From Antedon mediterranea (taxonomy: Eukaryota; Animalia; Echinodermata), in the NCBI RefSeq assembly GCF_964355755.1, contig NC_092671.1, positions 4,836,001 through 4,900,000 on the forward strand: 64,000 nucleotides of DNA. The letters run 5' to 3'. Position numbers and translations under genes: made by a program. Below the pieces are notes generated by a model, which searched no databases, was not told the origin of the DNA, and worked only from the letters and a program-made list of their open reading frames with translations. The stretch's first letter is position 1. Every line of letters starts with the position of its first letter. This document shows, in pieces, positions 63,826 to 64,000 of the stretch.

Positions 63826-64000
63826 TTCCGTATGATATGGTTGAAATTCGATTAATATTTTAGTGTTTGCCGTATGGAAATTTTCTGAAACGGTCAGTGC
63901 CTTCAATAAAATATACGTTAGCATTGCATGAACTTTGTTAGAGTTTATAAATAACAAAATCAAATTAAATAAAATTAATGTAACAAAAATACCAATTCTA

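Overview
AT-rich, intron-containing animal genomic DNA, not prokaryotic. A marine invertebrate, plausibly an echinoderm, is inferred from the repeat types and the abundant TAGGCCTA motif. Hand-splicing gives four gene-level calls. (1) The 5' part of a rhodopsin-class GPCR on the minus strand runs off the left edge (ATG at 361) and is absent from the supplied ORF track. (2) A complete 8-exon TYW5 (JmjC tRNA hydroxylase, 311 aa) lies on the minus strand at 1061-4025. (3) Head-to-head with it is a KIAA2012-like gene with about 24 coding exons (about 1558 aa, plus strand, 5009-27289) ending in an E/R/K-rich helix. (4) From about 27.8 kb to the end there is no long coding exon, but four short ATG-initiated exon candidates all end in phase 1, suggesting alternative first exons of a large unidentified plus-strand gene. 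Introns and intergenic DNA are dense in non-autonomous elements: Harbinger-, Kolobok- and hAT-type MITEs, a Helentron-type element, a tRNA SINE, a composite 5S+tRNA SINE, a truncated LINE, a MITE-derived 21-bp minisatellite and a 3.8-kb foldback structure. All family assignments come from motif recognition without database searches, and coordinates were counted by hand.
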